From assembly GCA_004022145.1 (NCBI GenBank), contig RCNU01000008.1: 64,000 bases of DNA. One strand, written 5' to 3'. Source of the stretch: Paecilomyces variotii. Lineage: Eukaryota. This document shows positions 60,453-64,000 of this stretch, one piece after another. How positions within the stretch are numbered: position 1 is the stretch's first letter; each line of letters starts with the position of its first letter. The translations under genes were made by a program, and so were the position numbers. A model generated the notes under the pieces. The model did no database searches. It saw only the letters and a program-made list of their open reading frames with translations, and had not been told where the DNA came from.

Positions 60453-61065
60453 TTTGGCGGAGATTTTGCGCCCCGAACTCTGGGAAAAGCGGCCCCAGTA
60501 AGGGGCGAGGAATCGCAGGAGCCCTATGTTGGTAGGACAAGAAGAAGGACTGCAGACCTGCCGTGGATTCGAAGAGCCGGATTCTTGTAAAAAAATATTG
60601 CGGCAAATCTGGGGATACCCCGGCGTGGATTGTCTTTTCCATGCCACCGGATTAATGTAATCCCGTCTTATCTTATCGGATCGTCAGTTCAAAGCTTGTC
60701 CTCTGAAAGAGACATAATAGAATAGCATTTACATACATTATCAAAACAAATTGATACGTGACAAAGAAAATTCAGTCAATAATAGATTAAGAGTAACTTA
60801 CTTTTGACAAAAGGTCCAATGAATTCTCAAGATCCAAAAGCATAGGTGACTGACCTAACTAGTTAGTTAGCATACAATATGTTACGTAATCAATATGAGC
60901 GATAAAAATAACTACAAGTTAGGGCGCCTTGCAGTAGACCTGCTAGTCAGTAGCTACACTGTGCCATCGTTACAGGGCGCCCATAATCAATGTGTATGCT
61001 TCTCTGAATTGACCAATAGATCACTACTGAACTCGAATGCGTTCCTCGAAACAGAGATCCTGAAC

Positions 61066-62654
61066 ATGGCTTTGAGTGGGATTGGTGGTAATTCTCCCCG
61101 ACTCCTTTTCCTGACCACATTGGGTAGCATTTCTAAAGAACGTAGTTGCAGGGATATTTCCGACGGCATTGTCATTAAATGGAGAGTATGCTGTCCGGCT
61201 AGTGGGAAGAGAGCTGGTCATCCATGCTGCTTCCGGTGTCAGTGGGACACCAATACTGGGGATCATCAAATTGAAAGAGCACATAGCATCGCAATTGAAG
61301 CTTTTCCGATTCTTCAATGTGTCTAATATCACACATGAAACTGACGACGAAGTCGACACTATGCCCTACCAACGCTTACTCTGCGCAACTGACACTCACA
61401 TCTCAGTGTGGCAATTGTACCCGTTAGAATGGCTCGCTGACATTGATAATGTTGAACCGGCCTTGACGTATGCTGATTTTGGAGGTGACATGGATGAGGT
61501 CGTTGTCGGTCACTCATGGAACACGAAAATAACCATTTTCAATCTCAGAGTGGGACGCAGTCAGATAATAAAATCGTCGAAACTCTCCAACACAAACGGT
61601 TATGGATACAGACCACGCACAAATCAGCTCGCTATTCTGCTTAAACCAGAAGTCAATGATCTATTGACAATACACGAGCCTAGAACATACGAGCTTATTA
61701 CGCGTGTGACACTACCGACAACAGATGCCCAAGGTCTGAAATGGAGCCCAGACGGCAGATGGATAGCTGTCTGGGAAGCTGCCAGTGCCGGAACTAAGGT
61801 CTTAATATACACGCCTGAGGGACAGCTGTTTAGGACTTATTGCGGGCCACCTGGGTACGATAGTACTTATGATTTGGGTGTCAGAACTATAGAATGGAGC
61901 TCTGCCAGACACCCTATGCCCGTCTCAGACTATCTAGCAGTTGGGAAGTTTGATGGTAGTGTAGATATCTTGAATAGCAAGACGGTGAGTAATCTTCACG
62001 TGCTACGAAGATGCCTGGACTGACAAAGTATAGTTCTCTTGCTCAGTCTCACTTTCCCACAACTCTCCAATAGACGACTCATCTCCTAATGTGTGGAGGG
62101 AAACCTATACAAACTCGGGCGAGCTTGAATATGTCGATGGTTCGGACTCGGCTGCGTTCAGTGTAGCAACTGACTCGTCAGGACATCCACGGGGCATCTC
62201 AATGCTTTCTTTCAGCACTGATGGCGACCTTCTGGCCACTGTGGACCAGTCTCGGCCAAGTGTCGTCTGGATCTGGTCCCTAGGAAAAGCTGCGAGCTTG
62301 AAGTGTGTACTTGTCCACGAAGACCCCGTTAGGCAGCTATCATGGCATCCGACGGAGGCAGAGCTTACCATCATTAGCAGTAACAGTACCATCCCCGCAG
62401 TTCACCTTTGGACAGTTTGCTCTGATCCAGTCATTGTACGGGTACCTGTTGCACAGAATGAGTCCGGGAAGTATGAAGTGACCCGGGTCCATTCAAGCGC
62501 CGGAGAAGGGTCTAAGCTATGGTTTACCACGCCTGATGATTGTGTCCTCGGCTCGGTGACGAGGGAGAACGGCCAAGCGCAGTTTAATGTACTGCATTCG
62601 GTGAAGGAAGCAACCAGCACAGCATATGTTGACGTCCAGACTGTCAGCCATTAG
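61066..62654 (+). CDS. WD40 beta-propeller protein, WDR8/WRAP73-like, 491 aa (exons 61066-61087, 61152-61984, 62034-62654)
   Basis: LPTTDAQGLKWSPDGRWIAVWE, VLIYTPEGQLF, DLGVRTIEWS, FSTDGDLLAT...VWIW, VRQLSWHP. First exon is tentative. Confidence 0.8.
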
Positions 62655-63153
62655 AATCTATCTTCTACGAATGTTCTTGTTCTGTCTACTGCGAGGGCTG
62701 GTCCTCTGGAACGGAATGGTTTCAACCTGGGTGGCGTTGAAGGCGCTTATTTGGCGATAGCGGATGCGAAGAGGCATCAACCATATTTCCTTTCCCGATC
62801 ACGAACAATTGATTACGCAGTCATACAAGGTCTTCCATCCTAATAGATCGTGACTACTTTTCCAACTAGATTCGACAATTCATGCTCCAGTCAGCGCTAT
62901 CTCCGTGAACAATCACTGAAGTGTACATATTCATGGTCCGCAAGGATATCTTAGGCAAGACTTCAATGCTCGAACATGACTGAACGATGTATCTATTATT
63001 GCCCAAAGACATAGTCTTGAGAAACTCCGTCAGCCATACTTCTTCACAGCTTAACTGATACTACTATCTCTACTGGTAAGAGGCTCGGAAGCAGCCAATC
63101 ACGGCTATCGCCCAGAAAGTGGCCGCTAACCGAGCTCGATCCATCGAGAGACG

Positions 63154-63166
63154 AGGGTTTAGGGCT
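63154..63166 (+). promoter_or_regulatory. Telomere-repeat-like element (AGGGTTTAGGGCT) in the ribosomal protein gene promoter
   Basis: About 115 nt upstream of the RPS25 ATG. A CCAAT box lies at about 63094. Motif match only. Confidence 0.35.
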
Positions 63167-63277
63167 CGGGAAGCCAGATTAGTCATCCCCCACTCGAATT
63201 TCGCACTTGGCTGCCAAACTTCTAGCCGTCGCTTGAACGTCGTTCTCTCTTCTCGAACAACCACCACAACCGACAAA

Positions 63278-63909
63278 ATGGTAAGTGCTAGCCATACTAT
63301 CCCGAGATGTTCAAGATGTTAATATCGTTATCAATATAGGCGCCAGCAGCATCCACCGGTGGCAAGAAGCAGAAGAAGAAGTGGTCCAAGGGCAAGGGTA
63401 CGCAACTCCCGTCATCCATATCCATATCCATCCATTATCATCAGTCGCGCATCGACTTCACCCAAAAAGACGACCGGTTTTCATCCGGGACAAAACTGCA
63501 CCGCTATCGCAAATGAAGGGACAATATATGGCTGACATTTTATTCTCTCTACAGTCAAGGACAAGGCCAACCACGCCGTTGTCCTCGACAAGACCACCTC
63601 CGAGAAGCTCTACAAGGACGTCCAGTCTTACCGTCTGATCACCGTCGCCACCCTGGTCGACCGTCTGAAGATCAACGGCAGCCTTGCCCGTAAGGCTCTC
63701 GCCGACCTCGAGGAGAAGGGCCAGATCAAGAAGGTCGTTGGCCACTCGAAGATGAACATCTACAGTACGTCATCACCTATCCTCGGAAATCCACGATTAT
63801 GGAGGCCATCGTCTCTATTCAGTGCTCCGTAGCGTGGAGATTAGCGAGATTGCTAAGTACATATATATGCTAACTTGTTTCTCTAGCTCGTGCGGTCACC
63901 GCTGAGTAA
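63278..63909 (+). CDS. RPS25: 40S ribosomal protein S25 (eS25), 97 aa (exons 63278-63280, 63340-63397, 63555-63764, 63887-63909)
   Basis: [33 protein letters not shown]...YRLITVATLVDRLKINGSLARKALADLEEKGQIKKV...IYTRA. Confidence 0.98.
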
Positions 63910-64000
63910 ACGGTTTTCTTCGGTGTTTAGCGGTTTTTCCTTGTTACGAACAATATCCTCCGACGTCCGAAAAAATTATTGGGTGGGCGATTGATGGATA

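Noticed and set aside
1-64000. CRISPR arrays, transposase/retrotransposon ORFs, secondary-metabolite backbone genes
   Set aside because: No regularly spaced repeats, RT/integrase/DDE motifs, terminal repeats, or PKS/NRPS domains were seen.

Overview
This is eukaryotic DNA from a filamentous ascomycete, most likely Eurotiales (Aspergillus/Penicillium-like). Short GT-AG introns with CTRAC branch sites split most genes, so the ORF track shows only fragments. I assembled spliced models by hand and checked that the exon sums keep frame. The window holds about 24 protein-coding genes, mostly housekeeping: SF3B5, TAD1, ERG24, MRL1-like M6P receptor, RfeG, complex I 9.5 kDa subunit, WBP1, PET191, a lipase, RNase T2, SWC5, dihydroorotase, MIS12, CENP-X, POA1, DUS1, a WDR8-like protein and RPS25. 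It also holds one tRNA-Gly(GCC), one decayed 2-oxoglutarate/Fe(II) dioxygenase pseudogene and two long gene-poor upstream regions. I saw no transposon, CRISPR array or secondary-metabolite cluster. Five observations stand out. (1) The long last intron of the M6P-receptor gene encodes an in-frame second cytoplasmic tail that is colinear with the spliced tail. (2) A poly(A)-polymerase-like/MJ1316 protein appears to have lost all three catalytic aspartates and lies near POA1 and DUS1. (3) Dense TGGAC clusters occur in the leaders of two putative regulators. (4) A GPI-anchored cupredoxin is unusually Met-rich. (5) A spliced orphan ORF has a branch site that base-pairs with its own 3' splice site. 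Family assignments come from motif recognition, not from database searches.
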